Of a stretch of 64,000 bases of DNA, positions 38,925-50,519 are shown in pieces. The position numbers and the translations under genes are program-made. Position 1 is the first letter of the stretch. The number at the start of each line of letters is the position of its first letter. The DNA is from Mobula hypostoma (taxonomy: Eukaryota). The stretch spans positions 247,816,001 through 247,880,000 of the forward strand of contig NC_086097.1 in assembly GCF_963921235.1 (NCBI RefSeq), written 5' to 3'. The notes under the pieces are model-generated. The model was not told the DNA's origin, did not search any database, and saw only the letters and a program-made list of their open reading frames with translations.

Positions 38925-41075
38925 AACGAAGGCAAGCATGCCATATGCTTTCTTGACCACTTTATTCACTTACACCGCCACTTTCAATGAACCCCAAGAT
39001 CCCTCTGTACTTCAGTGCTATTAAAGGGCCTACCATCAACTTGGAACTTTTTCCTTTCATTTGACCATAGAACATTACAGGACAGAAACAGGCCTTTTGG
39101 CCCTTCTTGGCTGTGATGAACCATTTTTCTGCCTAGTCCCACTGACTGCACCTGGACCATATCCTTCCATACACCTCTCATCCATGTACCTGTCCAAGGT
39201 TTTCTTAAATGTTAAAAGTGAGCCTGCATTTACCACTTCATCTGGCAGCTCATTCCACACTCCCACCACTCCCTGTGTGAAGAAGCTCCTCCTAATGTTC
39301 CCTTTAAACTTTTCCCCCTTCACCCTTAACCCACGTCCTCTTTTTTTTTCCTCCCCTAGCCTCAGTGGAAAAAGCCTGCTTGCATTCACTCTATCTACAC
39401 CCATCATAATTTTATAACCATATAACATATAACCATATAACAATTACAGCACGGAAACAGGCCATCTTGGCCCTCCTAGTCCGTGCTGAACACTTACTCT
39501 CACCTAGTCCCACCAACCTGCACTTAGCCCATAATCCTCCATTCCTTTCCTATCAATATAGCTATCAATACACCAAACTTGGCCTCACCAATGCCTTATA
39601 CAACCTCACCATAACATTCCAACTCTTATACTCAATACTTTGATTATAAAGGCCAAATGTACCAAAAGCTCTCTTTACGACCCTATCTACCTGTGACGCC
39701 ACTTTTAGGGAATTTTGTATCTGTATTCCCAGATCCCTCTGTTCTACTGCACTCCTCAGTGCCCTACCATTTACCTTGTATGTTCTACCTTGGTTTGTCC
39801 TTCCATAGTGCAATACCTCACACTTATCTGTGTTAAACTCCATCTGCCATTTTTTTTAGCCCATTTTTCCAGCTGGTCCAAATCCCTCTGCAAGCTTTGA
39901 AAACCTTCCTCACTGTCCACTACACCTCCAATCTTTGTATCATCAGCAAATTTGCTGATCCAACTTACCACGTTATCATCCAGATCATTGATATAGACGA
40001 CAAATAACAATGAACCCAGCACTGATCCCTGTGGCACACCACTAGTCACAGGCCTCCACTCAGAGAAGCAATTCTCTACCACCACTCTCTGGCTTCTTCC
40101 ATTGAGCCAATGTCTAATCCAATTTACCACCTCTCCATGTATACCTAGCAACTGAATCTTCCTAACTGACCTCCCATGCGGGACCTTGTCAAAGGCCTTA
40201 CTGAAGTCCATGTAGATAACATCCACTGTCTTCCCTTCATCCATTTTCCAAGTAACCTCCTCGAAAAACTCTAATAGATTTGTTAAATATGACCTACCAC
40301 ACACAAAGCAATGTTGACTCTCCTTAATAAGTCCCTATGTATCCAAATACTTGTAGATCCTATCTCTTAGTACTCCTTCCAATAATTTACCTACTACCGA
40401 CGTCAAATTTACCAGCCTATAATTTCCCAGATTACTTTTAGAGCCTTTTTCAAACAATGGAATAACATAAGCTATCCCCCAATCCTTCGGCACCTCATCC
40501 GTAGACACCGACATTTTAAATATATCTGCCAGGGCCCCTACAATTTCAACACTAGTCTCCTTTAAGATACCCTGTCAGGTCCTGGGGATTTATCTACTCT
40601 GATTTGCCTCAAGATAGCAAGCACCTCCTACTCCTCAATCTGTATAGGTTCCATGACCTCACTACTTGTTTGCCTTATTTCCATAGACTCCATGTCAGTT
40701 TCCTTAGTAAATACAGATGCAAAAAACCCATTTAAAATCTCCCCCATTTCTTTTGGTTCCATACGTAACTGACCACTCTGCTCTTCAAGAGAACCAATTT
40801 TATCCCTTACTATCCTTTTGCTCTTAATATACCTGTCGAAGCTCTTTGGATTATCCTTCACCTTGACTGCCAAAGAAACCTCATGACTTCTTTTAGCCCT
40901 CCTGATTTCTTTCTTAAGTATTTTTTTGAACTTTTTATACTCCTCAAGCACCTTATTTGCTCTGTTTCCTATACGTCATACATCTCTCTTTTCTTCTTTA
41001 TCAGAGTTCCAATATCCCTTGAGAACCAAGGTTCCTTTGCCTTTTTAATCCTGACAGGAACATACAAATTTTGAC
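38925..41075 (-). mobile_element. CR1 ORF2 3' ~2 kb (third subfamily) with nested CR1 tails
   Basis: LTNLLEFFEEVT, YMDFSKAFDKVPHGR, VTSGVPQGSVLG.LLFVVYINDLD, KFADDTKIGG. Confidence 0.92.
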
Positions 41076-41089
41076 CTCCCAAAAATTCA

Positions 41090-41460
41090 CAGATGTCCAG
41101 ATTAACATTCATTTCAAGAGGACCAGAATATGAAAGCAAGGCTGTAATGCTGAAGCTTTATAAAGAATTAGTCAGACCACATATGGAGTATTCTGAGCAG
41201 CTTTGGGCTCCACATCTAAGAAAGGATCTGGTGGCATTGGAGAGAGTCCAGAGGATGTTGTCAAGAATGATCCTGGGAAGGAAAGGGTTAAAGTATGAGG
41301 AGCATTTGATGGTTTTGAGCCTGTACTCACTGGAGGTTAAAAGAAAGAGGGGGATCTCATTGAAACCTAATGAATATTGTGAGATATTCAATGGAGTGGA
41401 TGTGGGGAGGATGTTTCCTATGCTGGGGGGAGTCTAGGACCAGAGGGCACAGCATCAGAA
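41090..41460 (+). mobile_element. CR1 RT C-terminal fragment
   Basis: LKLYKELVRPHMEY..QLWAPHLRKD..ALERVQR. Confidence 0.85.
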
Positions 41461-43324
41461 CAGACCAATCTTGGAGTTTGTGAAAAAGGCGACTTAGTAA
41501 GAAGTGAAGGGTTACAATTTTGAAAGTTCAAATTGCTCTGGCTTCAGAACTACAGCAGGTCAGAAACCACACTCTCACCACTTCTTTTCCATTGAGTGAT
41601 GAATAAACAAGACTACTTCAAATTATGTGTAGAACAGAGATTTATGTTTGGTAAAATATAGTAACCTAGTGCATCAAAGAGAAAGGTGACTGGTGAGACA
41701 GTGGGTGAAATCTAACTGGCTGTTTGCAAACAGAACAACTCTCATTCAGAAATTCAGACGGAATTAAATCCCAAGGTTACATACACACACATTGTGAGTC
41801 AGGGATTTAATGTTTGCTGCATTGGACTCTGTCCAGCATCAAGGCCAGGTCTTGATGATGGTTTATTATTGTCACATGTGACGAGATACAGTGAAAAGCT
41901 TGTCTTGCATCCCGTTTAGGCAGATAAGATCTTTACACAGATCTTATTGAGCTAGGCTGAGGCAAAACAATGCAGACTGAAGCGTAAAAGTTACTGAGAA
42001 AGTGCAGTGCAGGTAAGTGATAAAGTCGAAAATCAGAACGATAGCACACACAAAATGCTGAAGGATCTCTGCATCACCAGAGAGGAGTAACATTCAACGC
42101 TTCAGGTCGAGACCCCTCAACAGGACTGGAAGGGAGGGGGGAAGAAGCCAGGATCATAATGAGTTAAATTCTGAGGCTAAGAATCCATCTCACTGTTCCA
42201 GAGATCTATTCAAGACACTGATAACAGTGGATAAAAGCAGTCCCTGAGCATGGTGTATCTTCTGCCCGATGGGAGAGGGGAGAAGGAGGAATGTCTGGGA
42301 TGGGTGGGGTCTTTGATTATGCGGACTGCTTTACTGAGCCAGCGAGATGCACAGACATAGGGGGAAAGCAGCTTCCCGTGATATGCTGAACCGTGACCAC
42401 CACTCTCCGCAATTTCCCGCAATCATGTGTAGAGAGGCTGCCACACCAAGCTGTAATGCACCCAGGCGGAATGCTTTCTATAGTACGTTTTACTGGGATT
42501 TCCCAACATTACACTGGGGAAATCACCATCAGCATCCCATTCCAAGTCAGATCCGGTACAGAATCTAAAATCCAATTGATCCCAATTGAGATTCCAGACC
42601 CGAAGATGAGGAGGCACTCAGAAAAGATATCTATTAATTATTATTTTCCATCACTTTAACAATATAATTATTTCTAAGTGTTTTTACCCAATTTTAAAAA
42701 AAGTAATCGCAACACACACACAATGCTGGAGAAACTCAGCAGGCCAGGCAGCATCTATGGAGGGAAATGAACTGTCGATGTTTCAGGCTGAGACCCTTCA
42801 TCAGGAAGGGACAATAATGTAAAATGGTTTACATAATTTTTAATAGATTTTAAAATACTTATGAATGGAAGCTTTGAACAAAATCAAAGGTTAACTAGTC
42901 CCGGGATTTCAAGAGCAGGATACTCCAGGGGCATAGTGAAGACTTCGTACTTTGATAAGAAAATTACTTTGATTTTGACTTTAACTATGTCATCTCAGGC
43001 CTTATTTCCATGTGACCCCACTTGAGAGTAGAGGCGGTCATTGAGGTAGACTCTCCACATCCAGTCCCAGTAAATACACATGTGCAGAGTCCCCAGGCAA
43101 TGGACCGGATCCAGCATGATCTGACCATTGAATTATCTTAAAAAGAATTGTGCATATTCAAGTTCAACATGCTTAATAATGCTGCAAAATAAGTTAAACT
43201 CAAACAAGTGATATGGTACTGTGCAAAACCGTGAGGCATCCTAGACTTTAGCACAGTACTGTACATTCGCACATCTGAGATCACGCATATAAACATTTAC
43301 AAAATTAAAGTCATCTTAGTCCAA

Positions 43325-46300
43325 AAGACCATAAGACATAGGGGCAGAATGAGGCCATTTAGCCCATCGAGCTGCTCTGCCATTCAATCATGGCTGATCC
43401 TTTCTTTCTCCCCTCCTCAGCCCCACTCCCCGGCCTTCTCCCCTTAACCTTTGATGCAATGGCCAATCAAGAACCTATAAATCTCCACCTTAAATACACC
43501 CAACGACTTGGCTTCCACAGCTGCCTGTGGTAGCAAATTCCACAAATTCACCACCCCTTGGCTAAAGTAATTTCTCCACATCTCTGTTTTAAATGAACAC
43601 CCATCTATCCTGAGGCTGTGCCCTCTTGTCCCAGACTCTCCCACCATGGGAAACATTTTTCCACGTCTACTCGGTCCAGGCCTTCCAACGTTCAAAAGGT
43701 TTCAGCGAGATCCCTCCTCATCCTCCAGTGAGTACAGGCCCAGAACCATAAAAAGTCCCTCACATAACCCCTTCATTCCCGAAATCATCCTTGTGAACCT
43801 CTTCTGAACCCTCTCCAATGCCAACACATCTTTTCTTAGATGAGGAGCCCAAAACTGTTCACAATACTCAAGGTGAGGCCTCACCAGTGCCTTATAAAGA
43901 CTCAGCATCACATCCCTGCACTTGTATTCTAGTCCTCTTGAAATGAATGCTAACATTGCATTTGCCTTCCTCATCACCGACTTAACTTGCAAATTAACCT
44001 TCAGGGTGGTCTGCACAAGGACTCCCAAGTTCATTTGCATCTCAGATTTTTGGATTTTCTCCCCATTTAGAAAATAGCCTGCACATTTATTTCTTCTACC
44101 ACAGTGCACAACTATGCATTTTCCAACATTGCATTTTCTTGCCCATTCTCCAAATCTCTCTAAGTCCTTCTGCATCCTACCTGTTTCCTCAACAATACCT
44201 GCCCCTCCACCTATCTTCATCTCATCTGCAAACTTGGCAATAAAGCCATCTATTCCATCATCTAAATCATTGATATACAGCATAAAAAGAAGTGGTCCCA
44301 AAACCGACCCCTGCGGAACACCACTAGTCACTGGCAGCCAACCAGACAAGGATCCTTTTATTCCCACTCACTGTCTCCTACCAATCAGCTAATGTTCTAA
44401 CCATGCCAGTAACTTTCCTGTAATACCTTGGGTTCTTAACTTGGTAAGCAGCATCATGTGTGGTCCCTTGTCAAAGGCCTTCTGAAAGTCCAAAAATACA
44501 ACATCCACTGCACCCCCTTTATCTATCCTACTTGTAATCTCCTCAAAGAATTCCAACAGGATTGTCAGGCAAGATTTTCCCTTAAGGAAACCATGTTGGC
44601 ATGGTACTATCCTGTCCTGTGTCACCAAGTACTCCATAACCTCATCCTTAACAATTGACTCCAGCATCTTCCCAACCACTGAGGCCAGGCTAACTGGTCT
44701 ATAATTTACTTTCTGCTGCCTCCCTCCTTTCTTGAAGAGTGAAGTGACAATTGCAATTTTCCTGTCCTCAGGAACCATGCCAGAGTCCAATGATTTTTGA
44801 AAGACCATTACTAATGCCTCCACAATCTTTATTGCTACCTCTTTCAGGACTCTAGGGTGCAGTTCATCCAGTCCGGGTGACTTATGTACCTTTAGGTCTT
44901 TCAGCTTCTTAAGCACCTTCTCTCTTGTAATAGTAACTGCACCCACTTCTCTTCCCCCACACCCTACAACATCTGGCATACTGCTAGTGTCTTCCACAGT
45001 GAAGACTGATACAAAATACTCATTTAGTTCATCTGCCATCTCCTTGTCCTCCGTTATTATTTCTCCGGTCTCATTTTCTAGTGGTCCTATATCCACTCTC
45101 TTCTCTCTTTATTTTTTTATATACTTGAAAAGCTTTTTTCTATGCTCCTTGATATTGTTTGCTACCTTGCTTTCATATTTCATCTTTTCCCTCCTAATGA
45201 TTCTTTTAGTTGCTTTCTGTAGGTTTTTAAAGCTTCCTAATGCTCTTTCTTCCTGCTAATTTTTGCTTTGTTGTATATCCTCTCTTTTGTTTTTACATTA
45301 GCTTTGACTTCCCTTGTTACCCCAGTTGTACTATTTTGCCAGGTGAGTATTTCTTTGTTTTTGGAATACATCTATCCTGCACTTTCTTCATTTTTTCCTC
45401 GAAACTCACACCATTGTTGCTCTGCTGTCATCCCTGCCAGCAGCTACTTCCAATTTACTTTGGCCAACTCCTCTCTCATACCACTGTAATTTCCTTTACT
45501 CCACTGAAATACTGCTACATCAGACTTTACTTTCTCCCTATCAAATATCAAGTTGAACTCAATCATATTGTGATCATTGATGCCTAAGGGTTCCTTTACT
45601 TTAAGCTCCCGAATTGCCTCCAGTTTATGACATAACACCTGTTCCAATGTAGCTGATCCCCTAGTAGGCTCAATGACAAATTGCTCTAAATAGCCTTTTG
45701 TAGGCATTCAACAAATTCACTCTCTTAAGATCCATTACCAACCTAGTTTTCCCAATTGACATGTATGTTGAAATCTCCCATGACCATCATAACATTGTTC
45801 CTTTAAACGGTTTTTCTATTTCCTGTTATAATCTGTTGTCCACATCCCACCCACTGTTTGGAGGCCTCTATATATCTGCCATCAGGGTCCTTTTAACCCT
45901 TGCAGTTTCTTAACTCAACCCACAAGGATTCAACATCTTCTGATCCTAGTCACATCTTTCTACTGACTTGATGCCATTCTTTACCAACAGAGCCACACCA
46001 CCCCCTCTGCCTAATTTCCTATCTCTCTGATATAACATGTAACCTTGGATATTCAACTCCCAACTACAACTCTCCTTCAGCCACGATTCAATGATGGCCA
46101 CCCCCAGAAGAGATCCCAATGATCCAAGAACTTAAAGCCCTACCCCCTGCACCAGCTTCTCAGCTACGCATTTATCTGCCAAATCATCTTTTTTCTACCC
46201 TCACTGGCGCATGGCACAGGAAGCAATCCAGCAATTACTAACCTGGAGGTCCTGCTTCTCAGCTTTCTGTCTAGCTCTCCAAATTCTCTCATCAGGACCT

Positions 46301-46560
46301 CTTCGCTTTTCCTTCCTATGTCATTGGTACCAATATCTACCAAGACATGCCACTGTTCTCCCTCCCCCTCCAAAATGCTGTGGACATTATCCTAGACATC
46401 CCTGACCCTGGCACCTGGGAGGCAATATACCATCCGGGTGTCCCGTTCATGTCCACTGAACCTTCTGTCTGTTCCTCTGACTATTGAGTCTCCTATCTCT
46501 ACCACTCCGCTCTTCTCCCTTTCCCATCTGCACCATGGACCCACACACAATGCCATTCCC
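43325..46560 (-). mobile_element. Decayed CR1 LINE of the same subfamily as 13845-17163, in opposite orientation; ORF1 esterase remnant at ~46100-46560
   Basis: Track ORFs 44389..45096 and 43702..44367 (NYRPVSL, VFLDFQKAFDK, GVPQGSVLGPLLF..YINDLD) closely parallel the + copy. ORF 46164..46373 has DIGTNDIG...GLLPVP. Confidence 0.95.
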
Positions 46561-46564
46561 CTAG

Positions 46565-47115
46565 GAGGTTAACCTGCAAGTTAACCTTTAGGGTATTCTG
46601 CACAAGGACTGCCAAGTCCCTTTGCATCACACATTTTTGGATTTTCTCCCCATTTAGAAAATAGTCTGCACATATATTTCTTCTAACAAAGTGCATGACC
46701 ATGCGTTTTCCAACATTGTGTTTCATCTGGCGCTTTCTTGCCCATTCTCCTAATCTGTCTAAGTCCTTCTACAGCCTGTCTACTTCCTCAACACCACCTG
46801 CCGCCCCACCAAACTTTGTATCCTCTGCAAACTTGGCAACAAAGCTATCTATTCTATCACCTAAATCAGGAGTAGCCAACCTTTTACATTCCAAGTATCA
46901 ATTTTTTCACGCACGAGTTCAGATGTGATTTTTTCACGCACGAATTCTATATTAACATGTTTTTACAAGAATTGAATGGGGGTACAAGAGTTGTAAGGCG
47001 CATCTGAACTCGTGCGTGGAATGTAAAAGGTTGGCCACCCCTGATCTAAATCATTGGTATACAGCATAAAAAGAAGTGGCCCCAACACTGACCGTTGCAG
47101 AACACCACGAGTCAC
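46565..47115 (-). mobile_element. CR1 RT fragment (interrupted by the hAT MITE)
   Basis: SVLGPLLF, VAKFA, YFLNGEKIQK..MQRDL.VLVQNTLKVNLQV. Confidence 0.85.
46867..47043. mobile_element. 177-bp hAT MITE inserted in a CR1 fragment
   Basis: TIRs CAGGAGTAGCCAACCTTTTACATTCCA / TGGAATGTAAAAGGTTGGCCACCCCTG; 8-bp TSD ACCTAAAT / ATCTAAAT; internal inverted repeat CACGCACGAGTTCAGATG. Confidence 0.9.
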
Positions 47116-47119
47116 TTTT

Positions 47120-47987
47120 AGCCACATTGCGGCCAAAAAGTTCTATTTTAACTTCATCAGTCCACAGGACTTGTTTCCAAAGTGCATCAGGTTTGTTTAG
47201 ATGTTCCTTTGAACCTTTTGGATAGAACTATTTGGCCGCAATGAGCAAAGGTATGTTTGGGGGAAAAAGGGTGCAGAATTTCATGAAAGGAACCTCTCTC
47301 CAACTGTTAAGCACGGAGGTGGATCGATCATGCTTTGGGTTTGTGTTGCAACCAGTGGCACAGGGAACATTTACTGGTAGAGGGAAGAATGAATTCAATT
47401 AAATATCTGCAAATTCTGGAAGCAAACATCACACTGTCTGTAAAAAAAGCCGAAGATGAAAAGAGGATGGCTAGGATAATGGTCCTAAACACACCTCAAA
47501 ATCCACAATGGACTACCTCAAGAGGCGCAAGCTGAAGGTTTTGCCATGGCCCTCACAATCCCCTGACCTAAACACCATTGAGAATCTGTGGATAGACCTC
47601 AAAAGAGCAGTGCATGCAAGATGGCCCAAGAATCTCACAGAACTAGAAGCCTGTTGCAAGGAAGAATGGGCGAAAATCCCCCAAACAAGAACTGAAAGAC
47701 TCTTAGCTGGCTACAAAAAGCGTTTACAAGCTGTGCTACTTGCCAAAGGGGGTGTTACTAAGTACTGACATGCAGGGTGCCCAAACTTTTGCTTCAGGCC
47801 CTTTTCCTTTTTTGTTACTTTGAAACTGTAAAAGATGGAAATAAAAAAGTTTTCTTGCTTAAAATATTAAAGAAATATATCATCTTTAACTTTATGCCTT
47901 TTGGAAATCAGTTCATCTTTTACTCGCTTAGCTATTCACAGTAGCAGAAATGTTGACCAGGGGTGCCCAAACTTTTGCATGCCACTG
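47120..47987 (+). mobile_element. Tc1/mariner (IR/DR-type) transposon 3' half with DD34E transposase remnant
   Basis: IELFGRNEQRYVW, PTVKHGGGSIMLW, WPSQSPDLNTIENLW..LKRAV, KGGVTKY*. Direct repeat GGGTGCCCAAACTTTTGC at ~47775 and ~47961. Terminus GCCACTG followed by TA. Confidence 0.92.
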
Positions 47988-48603
47988 TATATAGCTAGGC
48001 CACCTACAACTTTTGCACAGTACTGTACTTGCCAACGTGGAGCAGAGAGCGAGTTTGTAAATACGGTGGGAGCAAAGGATGTTGGGAATGGCGAGGGTGG
48101 AGTACCGCGGGAGGGGTGTGGGGCAGGTGGCAGAGAAGGAGTGCTGGAGAGGTGGGGCAGGTGCATCCAGCCCCGAGACACCAGGCAAGGTCACTTGATT
48201 CCAAACAATTGGTTTATTGATCACTACAGAATGTCTCTCTGATACTTCCCCCTCCCTGCCCTCTCCCTTCCCCTTTTCCCAACCATGATTCCCTCTCCCT
48301 GCCCCCTTCCCACTCTCAGTCCACAATAGAGACCCATATCAGAATCAGGTTTATCATCACTCACATACTATATGTCATGATTTTTTTTTCTGTGGCAGCA
48401 GTACACTGCAATACATAAAATTATTACAGTACTATGCAGAAGTCTTAGGTACCCTAGCGATATACATGTACTGCCCTGAGATTCATTTTCTTGCAGTTAT
48501 TCACCGTAGATACAAAGAAACATGACAGAATCAATGAAAAGCTACACAAAGATGGACAAACAATTGTTGTGCAAAAGACAAAGACAGCAAATACAAAAAG
48601 ACA

Positions 48604-48630
<27 letters not shown>
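48604..48630. repeat. (AAT)n microsatellite
   Basis: AATAATAAT... run. Confidence 0.9.
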
Positions 48631-48637
<7 letters not shown>

Positions 48638-49069
48638 AAGTAAATAATTAAGAAATATGCTGGGGATAGCCCACAAGTGTTACCACACATTCCGGCAACA
48701 ACAGAGCAAAAATAATTAACCGTTCCTTACTTGAGCATTGCGACATTAAAGAACTACAGTGATGAAAGAAACTTGAGACTGACTTCTAAATACTCTGCAA
48801 TCTTTACACTTTTTAAACACCCTGCCGCCACCCAGCACACATATACACCCTGCATGAATGGCCTGTCACCCCCAACCCCTCTCACAGATACACTCTCATC
48901 CTGCACTGGTGAATTTTCATCCTTTACTGCTGCTATTTCACATATTTATACGACTGCTTATTTTATTTTAATACTGACAGTGACATTATACTGCCTTACA
49001 TGGACATGCACCTCACGTTTTACTTCAACCTGTAAATTTCGGGCTATGCTACTCAGATTCCTGCACTAG

Positions 49070-49336
49070 GGGCAGCTCTGTAACGTAGTGGTTAGCACAT
49101 CGCTTTACAGTACTGGCAACTCAGGTTCAATTCCCACCTTTGCCTGTAAGGAGTTTGTATGTTCTCCCAGTGACCATGTGGGTTTCCTCTGGGTGATCTG
49201 GTTTCCTACCACAGTCCACAGACGTACCGGTTGGTAGGTTAATTGGTCATAATAAATTGTCCCATGATTAGGTTAGGGTTAAATCGGGGGATTACTGTGT
49301 GGCACGATTCGAAGAGCCTATTCCATGCTGTATCTC
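49070..49336 (+). mobile_element. V-SINE (HE1-like); its tail resumes at ~49899-49919 after an L1 insertion
   Basis: TAACGTAGTGGTTAGCAC, GGTTCAATTCCC, GTAAGGAGTTTGTATGTTCTCCC. Confidence 0.85.
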
Positions 49337-49898
49337 TTTCTTTCTTTTTAAATCTTTTTATTGAATAAGTATACAAAAAGGTAAGCCATAAAGGCACTAA
49401 TACACTGTTAGAATATAATAAAATTACAGGAGATATTAATACAAAAAAAAGAAACAAACAATGTAATTTAAACATAACATACTAAGGTAACATAATAGTA
49501 TACTAATTTATATATATATATATATATCTATCTCAATAGAGAAAAAGAAAAAAAAAACCCAAAAAAACCCACCGTGCAACTAACTAAAAGCAAAGCAAAG
49601 CAATGGGCTAACTTGGAACCAAGCAGAGTTAAAAAAACTTAAAATCACGTCCTCAATCCCGACCTCCATTAAAAACAGTAAAAAAAACAAGAAGGGTATA
49701 TAAATATGGAGCAAAAAAAAAGGAGAAAAAAAAATTACATTAAATGAAAACATTGAATAAAAGATCTCCAGGTCTGTTCAAATTTAAGTGAGGAATCATA
49801 AAGATTGCTTCTAATTTTCTCCAAATTCAAGCATAATATCGTCTGAGAAAACCAAAAAAAGGTAGTTGGAGCATTAAGCTCTTTCCAATGTTGTAAGA
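49337..49898 (-). mobile_element. L1-clade LINE 3' end (ORF2 C-terminus plus 3' UTR) with TSD
   Basis: LQHWKELNAPTTFFWFSQTILCLNLEKIRSNLYDSSLKFEQTWRSF resembles fish L1 ORF2 ends. AATAAA and an A-rich tail; flanking GCTGTATCTC at 49327-49336 and 49899-49908. Confidence 0.78.
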
Positions 49899-50074
49899 GC
49901 TGTATCTCAATAAATAAACATTTTGTAAGTGTATGTGCTGGATCGCAACTATACGTGCTGTGTATGATTGTATGTACCGTGTTTTGCACCTTGGCCCCAG
50001 AGGGACAATGTTTTGTTTAGCTGTATACACGAGTATGATGATAATTGATTACTCCTCTCTATGCCTTGTGGTAA

Positions 50075-50510
50075 ATTGGGAACTGTACTTCCCTCAATCG
50101 CAGGACTCTGCAGAGAGTGGTGCGGACAGCCCAGCGCATCTGTAGATGTGAACTTTCCACTATTCAGGACATTTACAAAGACAGGTGTGTAAAAAGGGCC
50201 CGAAGGATCATTAGAGACCTGAGTCACCCTAATCTCAAACTGTTCCAGCTGCTACCATCTGGGAAACAGTACTGCAGCATAAAAGCCAGGACCAACAGGC
50301 TCCGGGACAGCTTCTTCTGCCAGGCCATCAGACTGATTAATTCACATTGATACAATTGTATTTCTATGCTATACTGACTGTCTTGTTGCACATACTATAT
50401 ATTATAAATTACTATAAATCGCACATTTGACACTTGAATGGAGACGTAACGTAAAGACTTTTACTCATTATGTATATGAAGGATGTAAGTAATGAAGTCA
50501 ATTCAATTCA
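50075..50510 (+). mobile_element. Rex1-type LINE 3' fragment with (ATTCA) tail
   Basis: RVVRTAQRIC..ELSTIQDIY..RC.KRARRII.D.SHP...LFQLLPSGK.Y.SIKART.RLRDSFF.QAIRL. Confidence 0.82.
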
Positions 50511-50519
50511 AACGTAAAA

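Noticed and set aside
43702..45096. Longest ORFs in the window (221 and 235 aa) as an active reverse transcriptase gene
   Set aside because: They are pieces of one CR1 ORF2 broken by stops and frameshifts, and the catalytic motif is altered (FADE instead of FADD).
49070..49145. tRNA-like A/B boxes as tRNA genes (also ~10590, ~22100-22160, ~38060-38110)
   Set aside because: They are SINE heads contiguous with the V-SINE core; no complete cloverleaf is evident.
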